Source: Klebsormidium nitens
Lineage: Eukaryota; Plantae; Klebsormidiophyceae
Assembly: GCA_000708835.1 (NCBI GenBank)
Contig: DF237502.1
Coordinates: 1 to 58,923, forward strand
DNA: 58,923 nt
Direction: 5' to 3'
The notes under the pieces: generated by a model
Told to the model about the DNA's origin: nothing
Seen by the model: the letters and a program-made list of their open reading frames with translations, nothing else
Databases searched by the model: none
Position numbers and translations under genes: made by a program
Shown here: in pieces, positions 13,201 to 25,012 of the stretch
Numbering within the stretch: the stretch's first letter is position 1
Layout of the letters: every line of letters starts with the position of its first letter

Positions 13201-15406
13201 AGATGCTCAAGGCGTCCTCACCCGTGGCCAACAAGCCGCTGTACGCCTCTCGGCTGTCCGAACTTCTCCTCGCCATGACATCACATGGTGGCGAGCTCCT
13301 GACGTCCGAGATGACGTCAGCAGCTTGCGGCCTTCAGACCTGTGAACATGTAGCGTCAGACGTGTCTCCCGCGAGGCCTTCCAACCAGCTCACGTCAGCG
13401 GGGACCCAATCTCCGGCAACCAAACAGGTTGTCAAACTCGATGGGGGCGGATTCCGTACGTCCGAACCATTGACGTCACACGCGGCCCAAGCTTGGACGT
13501 CCGGCAAAAAGACGGAACCGAATAAAGTAGAGAATTTAGTCTCCAGCGAAAAGAGCGCAGCGCACCAAATAAAGTCTCCAGGAACGGAGCCCGCGGTTGG
13601 AAGGAACGATAACGCAGATCAAATAATTAGATCTCTCGACCGCGCGCTTCACGAAAGCCAGCCCGCAGCCACTTGCCGGGCCGCGCTTTCGTCACCAGTG
13701 ACGTCAACGGTGACGTTAGAGCAGGCAACAGGTTCCGCACCAGGTATATCAATGGCCTCGAGATCAGGTTCGGGGCGCGCAACAGCTGCACCGATCAGCA
13801 GTCAATCGACGGTTAGGAATGAACCAGACATTTCAGTAATAGATAGAACTAGAGCGCCGAGAGGAGTTGGTGAGCAGCAGTCGAACGAAGGCGGGTCTCC
13901 GAAGCTGCCGTTGGCGGGTCTGCGGATACTGGTAGCGGAGGACACGCCGATCCTGCAGGTGGGTTTGCTTAACCGGACATAGCGCAAAGTTTTGTCGGGG
14001 TCTACGCAAGTAAAGTCTGGTTTGAAGGACCACTAGTTCATCAGCACTCTCTTTGGATGCGTGCAAAAAACCAAGTCGCTTTGCCTCATCTGATGGATAG
14101 GAACGGGAATTCCTTGCAAACGGAACGTTCTTCCGGAGTCTACGAATGTTGCTCGGCCTCTTGATAGGGCGTCTAGCTTATATTATGACTTTTCCCATTT
14201 ATATTGCCCTCTCACTTGCTCAATGCCGACCGTCTTTGACTTGTACTCATACATCTCTGACGGCCGTGTTCCATCCCAAGAGTTTCGGCCGTTGTGTGCA
14301 CCGCTGATACCTAAGCGCTCCTGGGTCACTTCAACAATTTATGCACCACGTTTTGATGCTTTGATTATCTTCAAGCCAAGAATCGCATTTCAAGCAGCTT
14401 GTTCGTACCTCAGAAGGACCCCTCAAAATGTTGTTATCACGCTGCAGTCACAAACTTGAAACAAGTATTACACCCCAAAACCTCCGTCCGTCCGGCAGAA
14501 ACTTGCGGTGAAAACCCTGTCAAAGTTGGGCGCCAGCGTGCACGCCGTGGGAGACGGCCAACAGGCGTCCGACGCGGTCGCTGGAGCAAACTGCGCGGCG
14601 GAACGGGTTTCGCACGGCGGAACGGACGGACTAAGCGTCGAGCGGCCGTTCGACGTCGTCCTGATGGACTGCCAGGTACACTTCTTAACGTTGGGATTGG
14701 ACTTTTTTGTGCGCTTGGATACTCTTTGCGAATGCTAGGTGCGCTATCTTTTGGGAGGAAGAAGTTGGGTCTGGTGTTTGCATCAGGTGACAATCCTGGC
14801 AAAAGGTCATGAAAATGGAAAAGATCGTAGTATACGGATAGGCAGAAGTTCTGGGCCAGCCGAGAGTACGCCGAGTCGGCCCTTCGACCGGATTGAGTTT
14901 TTAGACCTGTCGAACGCCCTCCCCTTTTAGAGCTGGAGAGAGAAGAGATTGAAGAGCTAGAGAAAGGCGAGGTTTTGACGGATACAGCTAAGTTTCTCTG
15001 CCAGATTGACTCGTAGAGCTGGCCAGCTTGCGTCAGGATCTTTCTCATTTCGACGCAACATAGCCTTCCAGGCCACGTGCAATCTGCTGTGAGTGCTACG
15101 TTAGCCGGTAAAGTCTGCGCTCAATGTACATTTCATTCTTTCCCAAAGATAAAAGGTGATTTTGAGAAAACAAAAATCGTGCAGATGCCTGTTATGGACG
15201 GATACGAAGCGACGCGGGCCATTCGGCAAGCCGAGGAAGGCACGGGAAAATACACGCCGATCATTGCGCTGACGGCACATGCCATGGCCTCGGACAGAGA
15301 TAAGTGCTTGGCTGTGGGAATGGACTCGTACCTTGCAAAGCCCATCCAGCAAAAAGAGCTTGTTGCGGCCATCAAATCGATAGTTGCCACGAACAGCCCA
15401 AAATAA
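1260..15406 (+). CDS. AHK1: AHK1-like transmembrane hybrid sensor histidine kinase (2 TM, extracellular sensor, HisKA, HATPase_c, pseudo-receiver, receiver), about 1334 aa
   Basis: 19 exons in consistent phase: 1260-1430, 1849-1949, 2515-2644, 3313-3443, 3849-4156, 4591-4747, 5457-5591, 6342-6528, 7133-7243, 7719-7793, 8276-8514, 9103-9491, 9791-9853, 10648-10864, 11501-11778, 12134-12291, 13203-13958, 14499-14675, 15185-15406 (4005 nt). Motifs: H-box SHELRTPM, N-box [14 protein letters not shown]1 [12 protein letters not shown]2 [10 protein letters not shown], receiver ILVAEDTP...VLMDCQMP...LTAHAM...LAKP. RLAIM before TM1, IPRxxIMG before TM2 and AEDTPxLQ are recalled as AHK1-clade features. 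The start codon is uncertain because an upstream acceptor exists at 1238-1239. Confidence 0.92.
7170..7545 (+). repeat. Degenerate tandem triplication of the 3' part of the H-box exon and its donor, extending into intron 9 of AHK1
   Basis: TGCGGACGCCC/TGCAGACGCCC anchors at 7170, 7335 and 7506 (periods 165 and 171 nt). Copy 2 keeps the donor GCG|GTGAGCGTCCGAAGCGTCCAA. Confidence 0.85.
9227..9361 (+). repeat. Coding minisatellite, 5 x 27 nt (9-aa PxxxSERSx unit), inside the HATPase insertion of AHK1
   Basis: Units start at 9227, 9254, 9281, 9308 and 9335 and encode [45 protein letters not shown]. Confidence 0.9.
10495..10560 (+). repeat. Degenerate intronic copy of the acceptor and 5' end of AHK1 exon 14
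   Basis: TGCAG|TTCACCCTGATGGAGGTGACATCAGCATCACGCACAAGGCTAGCCCCG resembles TGCAG|TCCACATGATGGAGGGTGACATCAGCGTCGTGGACAAGGATGGCCCCG at 10643 onward. Offset is 146 nt. Confidence 0.8.
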
Positions 15407-16566
15407 ACCAGAGCAAGCAGAATGATCGGATTAGAGTCTTAAAGCGGTAGTAAGGTGTAACATATACAGGTGATCAAAAAGAGGTTGTAGGCGTCGATAA
15501 AAAGTGGGTGGATATCTCAAAAGGTCTGACAGACACAAAGGTCCGAGCATAATGAAGTTTTTATTTAGCCTGACAACAGGACAATAGTAAGCCCAGGTTT
15601 TGACTATCGTGAAGAGGTTGAATGATTGGAATAGCCGGGCCGTACAGAGGACTAGCCGGGTGGCACTCACCAATCTGCGCAAAAGTATTTGGCCGGGCAG
15701 CCACCCTTGAAGGTAATTGACTCAGATGATTAAAACGGGCGGAGCGCATAAGCTCATTTGAGAACTATGCAATATAGCTTTGACTCGCTCAATAAGAAAT
15801 AAGATACTAGATAGTGCTTCATTTTTTAGTGGTCCGACGCCTTTCAATGAAGAAGCTATTCTGCTCGGCTGGCACTGTCCGCGCGTAAGTCACGTATGAC
15901 GATTTTCTCCCAGCTCGATTGTACGGTCACGTGACGTTTTCTCGCAGCCGGACGGTGTACATGCATGCACTCAGTATATATACGTCGATCATTGAGTCCG
16001 ACTGCCATGTTTACGGACTCATGGCCGGTAGCAAGAACAGGAATTTACCATGCAGATCATATGCACTACATATGTGCATACTAATGATATCTAGCTTCAA
16101 TCTTGTTGGACGGTGATTGAATTCGGCCAGAAGTAACACGTACGTACGTCAATGTATTTTGTGTATAATTGCGGGGACTCCAGGATTAGCATCATTTTGA
16201 AAATCTTGAGCTGAATGAATAATTTAGCGGATCGATTATTCGTTGCAATCCTCACCCGCCTAGCATGGTGATCTTCGTACCGTACTCAATTGTCAATGTG
16301 AGCAACCAGGCTCAGTGAACCGTCCATTGCACTGTACTAATGATTAAGCTCCAGGCGCGTAGTCCTGGTGCAACCTAAGTTAGTACCAAATACTGCAAGC
16401 TAGCGCCGCTCAATCATTATACTAATGTCAGATTGCGGCATGCGCGGCCAGCTAAGAAGATGTGATTGAATCGGGTCTTGATTTAATCTAGTGCAGCTCA
16501 GCCTTTCGTGTACGTATGCTAAGTCGAACATACGTACTTATGCTAAGTCGAACTCGCAACTCGAAG

Positions 16567-16837
16567 TTAAATCCCGGTTTCCGGTCCCCGACCGACCCAA
16601 AATCCGAAGGATTTTGGAAAAAAATAATAAATATAGTGGATATTTTGTCCCAGATTTTCCTATTTTGGGTTGAAAATATTGAGAGTCTATAAGATCTGGG
16701 CCAAGAAACGAAATTTTCCCCCAAAAAATACCCCATATTATTTCATATTTCAAACATACTAGCAAAAAACCAACTATTATTTTCTCCCGACCGACCGACC
16801 CACCCAAAAGGGGGTAGGACCGGAACCCGGGAATTAA
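16567..16837. mobile_element. MITE-like element bounded by TTAA with 21-bp imperfect terminal inverted repeats and an AT-rich core
   Basis: TTAAATCCCGGTTTCCGGTCC (16567-16587) versus the reverse complement of GGACCGGAACCCGGGAATTAA (16817-16837) has 2 mismatches. Subterminal CCGACCGACCCA occurs near both ends. Non-coding. Confidence 0.7.
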
Positions 16838-17990
16838 ATTCGACCCGCCTTTAAACGTCGATCATAGCGTTGTTGAAGAGGCTTTCAACCCCGCCCCTAA
16901 CTCAGCCCGGTTGCTTGATGGAGAAGTGGTCGGGGCATTTTGGCAAGATTCGTTTGCAGGATAAGGTCCACTCAGAGACCGCCACCTGTCTGAGGTCGGA
17001 ACCTTGGTGTTAGGGGCGGCTCGGCCCTCAACTTTTTAGGCCGAGAGCTAATGTAGCTACCGGCTAGACCACCGGGCATTTTTGCGAGACTGTATGTGAG
17101 TTGATGTAATTGCCCGGTCCAAGCCACCGCGCTGTTTCGACCGGGCCTGGCTGTGTTGCCCAAGTTCGGAACATTCGACTGGAGTAGGTGATACCTAGGT
17201 GACATCAACGCCGAGTTTGAAATGGTGTATCCTCTTCAGGCAGGCGCGCAAATATTAGCCGAGTGCAACCGAAACTGAGTCGACAGTGACCGTAGAGGCT
17301 TGTACGCAAAATTCGGTCGACCGTACGAGCATGTCGAATTTTCTGACATGGATGTACAAGTGGGCAAGTTCACCGCGCGCCGCGTGTCCAATATCTAACA
17401 TATATTTTGCGTGCGGCGGTTCGATCGGTACGTTGGAGTTGAGTTTCCGTACACATGGGGCCCGATTGACACCATCGGAACTCCACCATTTGGCTGAGGT
17501 TCTGCGCACCGTCGATACGAATATCCACGGTCAAAACCACCTTATCCTGCAAACGAATCGACTTTCCAATCTGGCTGTGATAGCTTCTGCGGCCTCCGAG
17601 TTAGGGGCGGGGTCGCGACCTTCTTTAACAACGCTATGGATCAAGAAAAACTGTTAATCAATCTGATCGATCAGGGTTGCGCAAGCTAGTCGAAAGACTG
17701 CGCCGGCCAGAGTCTGCTCAATGCCACTGCCGTCATTGCAAGAGCTGGGTACTTTCAAATTGGTGACTGAGCAGAGGGATGCCATGCGTTACAAGTTGAC
17801 CTTGCATGCACCTAGTGAGAGAAGTGGTTGGATATGATCTTCCGATCATGGCGCACGCGACCATTCGAAATTTCGTTGTCTGCAAGCCCTGCTCAATTGT
17901 CCGCAGCCCCCGAGGCTGGGCGCCGAAGCAAAAGCCATTCAATTATGCCTATTTACCTTTGTACCCGCGCGCGTTACCCAAGAAACTAAG

Positions 17991-20900
17991 CTACTGCCGG
18001 GGATTACGCCGGAAGCGACCCGGCATCCCTTCTAATCCTATGGGTTGAAAGGCCGTCGCCGCTGCGATTGCCTCCTTTGGCTCTGCTACACTTAACTCAA
18101 AAGAACCACCTTCCTGCTTCTGTACCTCGCCCTCTCTTCTGATTCTCCTTCCTTTACCATTTGACTCATTTGAATCATCGTGCCCACCTGTCAAAGCTAA
18201 ACGAGGTCTATGTTGCTCGCTGACCGTTACTTGTCTCAGCCCCTGCTTGCGCGCAGTCATGCCCACCGCCGAAACGAACTGGTCTTCCTTCAAGCGGAGG
18301 AATCGCATGAAAAGGGAGGTCGGGAAGGGCTCTCCGGGGGCCAGCTCTCTCAGAAACTTATACCGGGGAATTATGCGCAGATTTAAAGAGAGGCTGAAGT
18401 AGGCCGGGAATTTGACTATGGTCTCTGGGGATCCCCCCAAGTGGGTGACTAGGTATTCGTACTTTGGCCGGAGGCACGTGTCGACCGAGAGCGACAGAAC
18501 CTGGAGACAGGGGCAGAGACAAAATGGGGTAAGCAGATTGTCAGCAACGGGTTAGCAAGACGAATCAGCGACGGGTTTGCAGCAGATTAGAGATGGGTCA
18601 GCAATGGGTCAGGCGCTGGTGCGAAACGTACGCAAATCTGTGAGAAGGGCGATCAGAAGCGACATTTGCGGCCAGAGGACGTATGCCGGCGACCGTCATA
18701 GGAGGCTAAGGAGAGCGAAGAGGACATCACCGGATTCGCAAGCCCAGATAACGTTTATTGATGCGCTAAAACATTGGCGACAGCCCACCTGAGCAAAGCG
18801 GGTGATGCAGATGAGAGTATCTTCCGGAGTGAGCCCGATGCTTCGAAGGAACTCAATCCGCGGCTTGATGCCGTCGGCCAGACTGTAGTGCAGCAGTTGC
18901 GGGTGGTGCGACACCATTTTCGCAAATGCGTCTCGGGAAACGCCTACCTGAACGGGGAAGAATGAAGCATCTTATGAATCTGCGGTTCGTAACATCAACG
19001 TCACGCCCAGCTCAAGAGAAATCTACAATTCGGAGTTGGAAGTACTTCTTGATCGCTGATATGGGACCCTCGAACAACGGGAAGTGGCGGCCTACGGGAT
19101 GCAGGTGCCGGTCAAAAGGCGTGCTGGGACTCCCAACGCTTCAGCACTTCAGGGGTTCGTATGCAGCCGGAAGAGTCGCCACGATCACAAGTTTGTGGAT
19201 TCCAAGCGACGTCAGCACCTGATCCCAGCTTTGAGAACGCCGCGACAGGCATATGCGTGACACATAAGCGGACGCGGGAAATTGTGCGCATAAGCGAAGG
19301 TTCAGAACGCTCAAACCCTAGATCTAGAGCCCGACACTCAGATAGAAACCCGTCAAAGCAACGCTGAGTGTAGGTTCGCGGAGCATGCATGGTCTTTACC
19401 TCCTTAACGAAGTAGTCCACTGTCGGTTGCAACCCGGCCTCGATGTTCTTCACGAAAATTTGAGGGTGACGCCGCGCAATGTCGACCACCTTAGACTGCG
19501 GTATGCCGATCGTTTCCGTCAAGAACTTGACCTGCGGGTCAAGGAAAGGGGAAAAGGGGTTGAGCTGCCAATTGAGAGCAAGGTAATGAGGTTTCATTGA
19601 GATGTTTTTTTTCTTGAGTAAGATTGGAACTGGGTTTGTTTGTGGACAATGGAATTAGACCTCTGCGAAGCAGGCGACATCTCAAAATAACAATGAGAGC
19701 TGGGGGATGACGTACGAAGGCTGATTGCCAATGGACATCTGGAGTGAAAGAACACCATTGGGACGATTATCTGGAACCAGTCAAGGACATGCGAAAAGTA
19801 TCCCCTACTCAAGGGTTAGCTACTTGATATATACTCAAGGGTTGGCCGTCAATAGCAAGTCTTCAACGAATGTACATGGACATGCGGAAGTCGTAGCCTT
19901 CTTAAAAGACGTTGCATTCTGCAATGCAAGGTAAACCTTTCAAGGGGGGTAAAGGCAAACTCAGACGAGCATCTGAATTTGCAGATACAAGAGCGTAAAG
20001 ATCCCCTTTTGACTAAGCCGGCAGCCTTTCCCCACACCTACACCGCCTGGAACATGAGCTGGTCAATGTAGCTACTGGATGATCAAGCAATTGAGGTCTC
20101 CCAATTCGCCAACACCAAAAATGGGTCAAGAATCACTTGTTTGACCTCAATATGCGTGGATCGCGCAGATAATACATCCGTCGGCAGGTCAGGTTTTGCA
20201 GGTTTCGCAGCTAATGGCAAAATTGGCGGTCGCCCCTCACTTTGGAGTCCAGTGTCTCCTCTTTGACATACAGAAGCGACGGGTTCCTCATGATGACGTC
20301 TGCGATGCCGTCCTCTGGCACGCCCAGCCGCTGCAGGAAAGCGCACTTGCTGACGTCAGCACACCGGCCTCGTTGCCAACACGCTCCAGCTCGTTCGCTT
20401 TGCTGGCATCAGCACACGCAGCTCGTCCTGTTTGCGGACGTTGGAGCGCCGGTGCCTGTCCCTTCGCTAACGTCAGCGTACGAAGGTGGTGCGCTTGACG
20501 GATATAGAATCTCGCGCTCTGAGAGAAACAAAAGTAGCGGCGAACTCCAACAAGCTTGGGCCTACCTTGAGGAAGTCAATCCTTGGCTGCATGACCCGGT
20601 CGACTCGCAATCGCAGCACGTTGGGCTGTCGCAGGATCAAGGAACGGATGCCGTTTCCGTCCACCCCGATCGACCTCAAAAAGTCGACGCGCGCTTTCAC
20701 TGGCGCGACGCTCAGACGAAACGTGCTGGCGGTCTTGTTGAGTAGCTTCGCCAGATCGGCCCGGTCAAGGCCCAAACTGCAGCAGAGACAGAAGGCACGT
20801 CATTACGCAACAGCTGGCGTCAGTAAAGGAAAGTCGACACGTGCGGTTTAATGGCTGAGACGCTTAGCATTCTTCCTGAGTAGCTTTTGCTAAGCCGGCC

Positions 20901-23900
20901 CAATTAAGGCCCAGAATGCGGGAAGAACACAATTGACGTCGTCAGCTAATAGCTGACGTCAGCACGGGAAACTGATTGCACGCTTTTGCGAAACAACACG
21001 GAGAAGAAAATTCTGCAGTGGGGTTCGAGTGATCTCGGCAAGACAGCCCGACCAAGCTCTGGCTGCATATCCAAACCGGAGAAAGGTCGAGCCATCGTTT
21101 GCAATCGGCGTGCTACCTTGAATGCCTTGCAATATTTTGCGGCGGAATCATACGGGCCGAGAAATGCTAGGGTTCTCATCGAGTAGCTCCGATGAGTCAC
21201 AGAGAGGAGGGACGGAACGAGTAACGATCTGATTACCTGCCGCAATCCACTTTTGGGCCAAGAATGAATCCAACGGTGTCTCTCTTACCTGTGCAAGTAG
21301 CGACACATCAGCCGGGTCTCGCCAGGGAGCCCCAGCGAGCGCCACACTTCGTCTGCGGCCTGGTCTTCGAAAGAGAACGACGTCGATGCTTCGACCTCCT
21401 CTTCCTCGGCCTGAAATTCGTACGCAAGAGCTTCAGTAATCTCACGAGGTATTGTCGCTCTCCCCGACAGAAAATTGTAAGCTTTTTGTCCAGGCGGTGA
21501 GTGCTACATAGCCACAGAAGTGATGCATCGATCATGGCATCGCACGGAATCTGACTTACTGTTTCCCCCACACGACGTAGAATCAAACCCAAAAATGAGA
21601 GTCTCGAGCTGACCATTGACTATAATCTGCTCCTTGCCACCGACGCAGTTCTGGTTGCTTTGATCAATACACTTGGAAAGTCAGCCCTGTCCCGCATCTT
21701 TGTTTGAGTGATGCGAAAGTGCAGCATCCTAGAAAGTGGAGACTTTGAGATGCTGACTACGGTTCACAATCAACGAAAAGCTGTGGCCCGTTGATTGCAG
21801 TGCTTGCAACGTCGCAGCCAAGCGGTTCTCTGATCTTCAAGTTTCAAGAGCAGACAGAAAGTGTCGGCCGTCAGCAGTATCAAAAGACTGAATCGGACCA
21901 AGCCTGTGAAACAGATCGATTCCGGCAACCTCTCCGGTTCATGGAGAGTCTTTCCTCCCTTCCCAACGGTCAGAAGCGGGCCCCCAGCTTCTGCGCTCAT
22001 ACGCTGCTAACAATGCTTGGGACCAGAAGCAAAACACTAGGAAGGGAGTCTTTCAAGTAGGGAAAGCACTGACACGCAGAAACAGAAGGGTGATCTCTAG
22101 TAGAAATCGAGGGGTCATACTTGACCCAAACGCGAGTTATAAGAGGAGTCAAAGATTCATACTTGGTTCTTACCTGGGGGAAGAGGAGCAGTCGCTTCAA
22201 GCACCCCGGCCGCGCATGGGCCGTCCCGCACCCGCCTTTCTTGAGCCGCCGGCACACCTCACACCGCCTGCCGGAGTAGCTCTGGGGCTCGCTCTTCGGC
22301 TCGGCTTTCGCCTCGGTTTCCTGCAATTTGAGTTCTTCCTTAGGTGCAGGTTTATTTGCAGAGCAGAGTCTGTGAAAGTTGACGTCTAGTTGGTACGTGG
22401 TTCGTCGGACGGAAGCTGGGCTTCGATCGAGATTGAATGCAGGATATCCAGAGAGAAGCAGCGCAATTTTGGGAACCATCATATGATGAAGATGCAGTTC
22501 TGGCGTTCAGTCGTCTTCCGGACATGGGCTTCCAAAAAAGAAGAAGAACGGAGTATAATTGAGAGGTCAGTTGCTGCGTCTCAACAACAGGACAAACCAG
22601 TGAAGTAAGCAACGGAGCTGTTTCGCTGATGTTTGAAGACGTTACGTGAGGGTGTAACCGCGTGAAGGTAGAATGCAGGGAATTGGAGAATCATCAAAGC
22701 AATTGCCAACTTTTTAAACAAACGCGTGCTCTCACCAATTCCAGATCCTCTTCATTGTCGTCCGCCTCTAGATGCAGCGGCAGCCCCGCCAATGCCAGCT
22801 GGCTCTTCCTTTCTAGCGCCCTCCTTCGATGATCCTCATGCGTCTTCGCCTTGTGCCGTTCGCGCTTCCAGGGGGGTCGCTGCGCCCCCCTTTCTCCCCC
22901 CCGCTGCTTACTGTAAATCGGCACCGCTGGTGCCACGTCAGCATCCCCGCCCCAATGAAGAAGGTCCACCGATGTCCTCTCGGCAAAGTCCGAGGCTTCA
23001 AGGATGCGGGAGGTGGCAACACGTGTCGCCCCCCGGCGGGCGCTGACGTCAGCGGTCTGTCGAGCGGGGCTGACGAGGCGCTGACGTGGAGGGGGCTGTT
23101 GTCGCTGGGGCTGGAGGATTGGGGCATCGGGATCGAGATCTGCGATAATTTCGCTGGAGGGGGGTGGAGACCCGAGCTTCTTAGGAGGGGGGGAGAAGGG
23201 AATATCTTCGTCTGGCGTCTCGGAGTCACTCAGGCTTCCAACGTCAAACCAGTCTAGGGGGTCCGACTCCTCATCATCCGCTGACGTCACTGACCCGCTT
23301 TCAGGGTCGTCGGAACGCAGTTCGATGCTCCTCGGCCCCAGTGGGGCCCCCCGCTGAGATGTAGCTTTTCTACAAACACTGCTTTCGATAACTTTATCCC
23401 TTTCTGCTTGCAAAAAGTCGTTTTTTGGCTCAAAAGGCATGCCTATGGCTGGCTCCGCATTGCTGACTGCTTTACGGAGGTGCGCTTTTCGACCTACAAA
23501 TTCAGCTGAGCGCCCAGACGAGGACGGGACCCCGTCCATTGGGCCGCTGCTAGCCCCCCTCTCCCATTCCGCTGAAGAGGCTTGGCTCTCTTTTTGAGAG
23601 GCCCCTCCAAGCTTCTCAGCCACCGCATCAGAATCTGTCCTGTAACCAAGATCCTGCTTTCCGCTTAGTTTGCCACCCTTCATTTGTCCGCTCCTTTCAT
23701 GCTGCTCCCCTGTACTTTGCTCCGGTGCCTTCGCCCCTTGACCACGCCCGTATGCCCTCTTTGCCGTCCCCTCAGAGTTTTCTAACTTTGCCTCCTCCCC
23801 TAACAGGGGCCCCAGCTTGGCAAAAGGTGATGTGCTGCGCTTTCTTCCGTTCGCATTTGGCGCAGTTTTTTCCCCACTCCTAGGGGCAAGTGGGGCACGA

Positions 23901-25012
23901 GCAACCTTTTTGGCCCCCCCATTTGCAATTCTCTGGTGACTAGTGTCTTCAGTGTTCACTTCTTTTGCTGCCTTCTTCGCGGTCTGCAAAACACGTTTGT
24001 GACCAATTTATCTGACACGTTAAAATTCCTAGTATCTTGCAAATCCAGGAACTAACAATCGGGTTGAGCAGCAAGTACGGGAAGAGACGCCTCCAAAAAG
24101 TGGGGCACATTCTAACATCAAGGTTAAGAAGCAGTGCAGACAATCACTCAGGGTTTCCATGTTTCTATGTAGAATTAATTGTCAAGGTGACTTTTCAAAT
24201 GCGCAGCAACAGCTAACCCAGTGTGTTCCCTTCAGCAGGGCACTTAGCACACTACAGTCGGAATGGATACTAGAAAGTCTGCAGTACGCAGGTTTGACAT
24301 CTTTGTCGAAAATAGGTTCTGCAAGGGGAAACAAAGACATGAGCTGTAGACTTACCACCACTTTTGGGGACACGTCGAACATGGGCGCTTGGTGCCTTTC
24401 ATTTGTGCGCCCCGACTGTGTGTGCACACTTCGTACTCTCTCTGTCTGCTTGCCAGCAGGTCGAGAAGATAAGTAACTCCAGCGGCAGGATGAAAACACG
24501 CTGGACTGCCTTCCAAAACTGCTGCTAAAGTCCTGCAAAGATACAGGCGATGCGAACCGTGAAAAGCCAGTAAACTCTGCCGTGATCTTTGCAGAGTGAA
24601 TAGCAATACAAAAATCAAGATGGGGACTGCCCACTTCTTACTAACAAGCGGACCTATCATGGTTGTACTGCCGGTGGTATTCGCACATAATCCTTCAGCT
24701 TACATCTAGCAGTTACTCACAGAAAAGTGCAAAGGCCAGAATGAGAAACCTTGGGGCTACTGAGAGCAAGCTGAAGCCTGCACTTGCTGCCAGATTGAAA
24801 CTGCTGAACGTGGATAAGACATCTGGATTTAGTCTATCCACCACAAATCCTCCAACCAGAGCCATGGTATTAGAAGGCCAAAGCGCCTCATATCAGTACG
24901 ATTGAATCAAGCTGGAGAAGCCAGTAAGAAAGGAAGATCTCCGAAAGACGAGACTAACATGCGCGCTTTTGGAGGCCGCTTCGAAGCCCCTCGCTACAGC
25001 GTCGGCGCGCAT
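17991..25012 (-). CDS. MTERF9: mTERF family protein (mTERF9/TWIRT1-like, probably plastid) with a long disordered N-terminal extension and a 4-Cys motif, about 949 aa
   Basis: Minus-strand exons in consistent phase: 25012-24959 (start uncertain, in-frame ATG also at 25096), 24532-24356, 23983-22736, 22320-22174, 21410-21289, 20776-20566, 20330-20241, 19531-19400, 18947-18789, 18500-17991. mTERF repeats include HPQLLHYSLADGIKPRIEFLRSIG and VLSLSVDTCLRPKYEYL...FPAYFSLSLNLRIIPRYKFL, recalled as matching the mTERF9 clade. The mTERF part (21410-17991) is more secure than the upstream exons. Confidence 0.8.
20855..20927 (-). repeat. Decayed intronic copy of the acceptor and 5' end of the mTERF exon starting at 20776
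   Basis: Shared blocks TGAGTAGCTT (20739 and 20877) and CGGCCC...AAGGCCCA (20767 and 20906), offset 138-139 nt. The copied acceptor AG is mutated. Confidence 0.6.

Noticed and set aside
17286-17657. 123-aa ORF in the convergent intergenic region
   Set aside because: No recognisable motif, GTG start and no supporting splice structure. No transposase signature was found.
22726-23257. Several overlapping antisense or alternative-frame ORFs over the large mTERF exon
   Set aside because: Expected shadow ORFs of GC-rich coding sequence.
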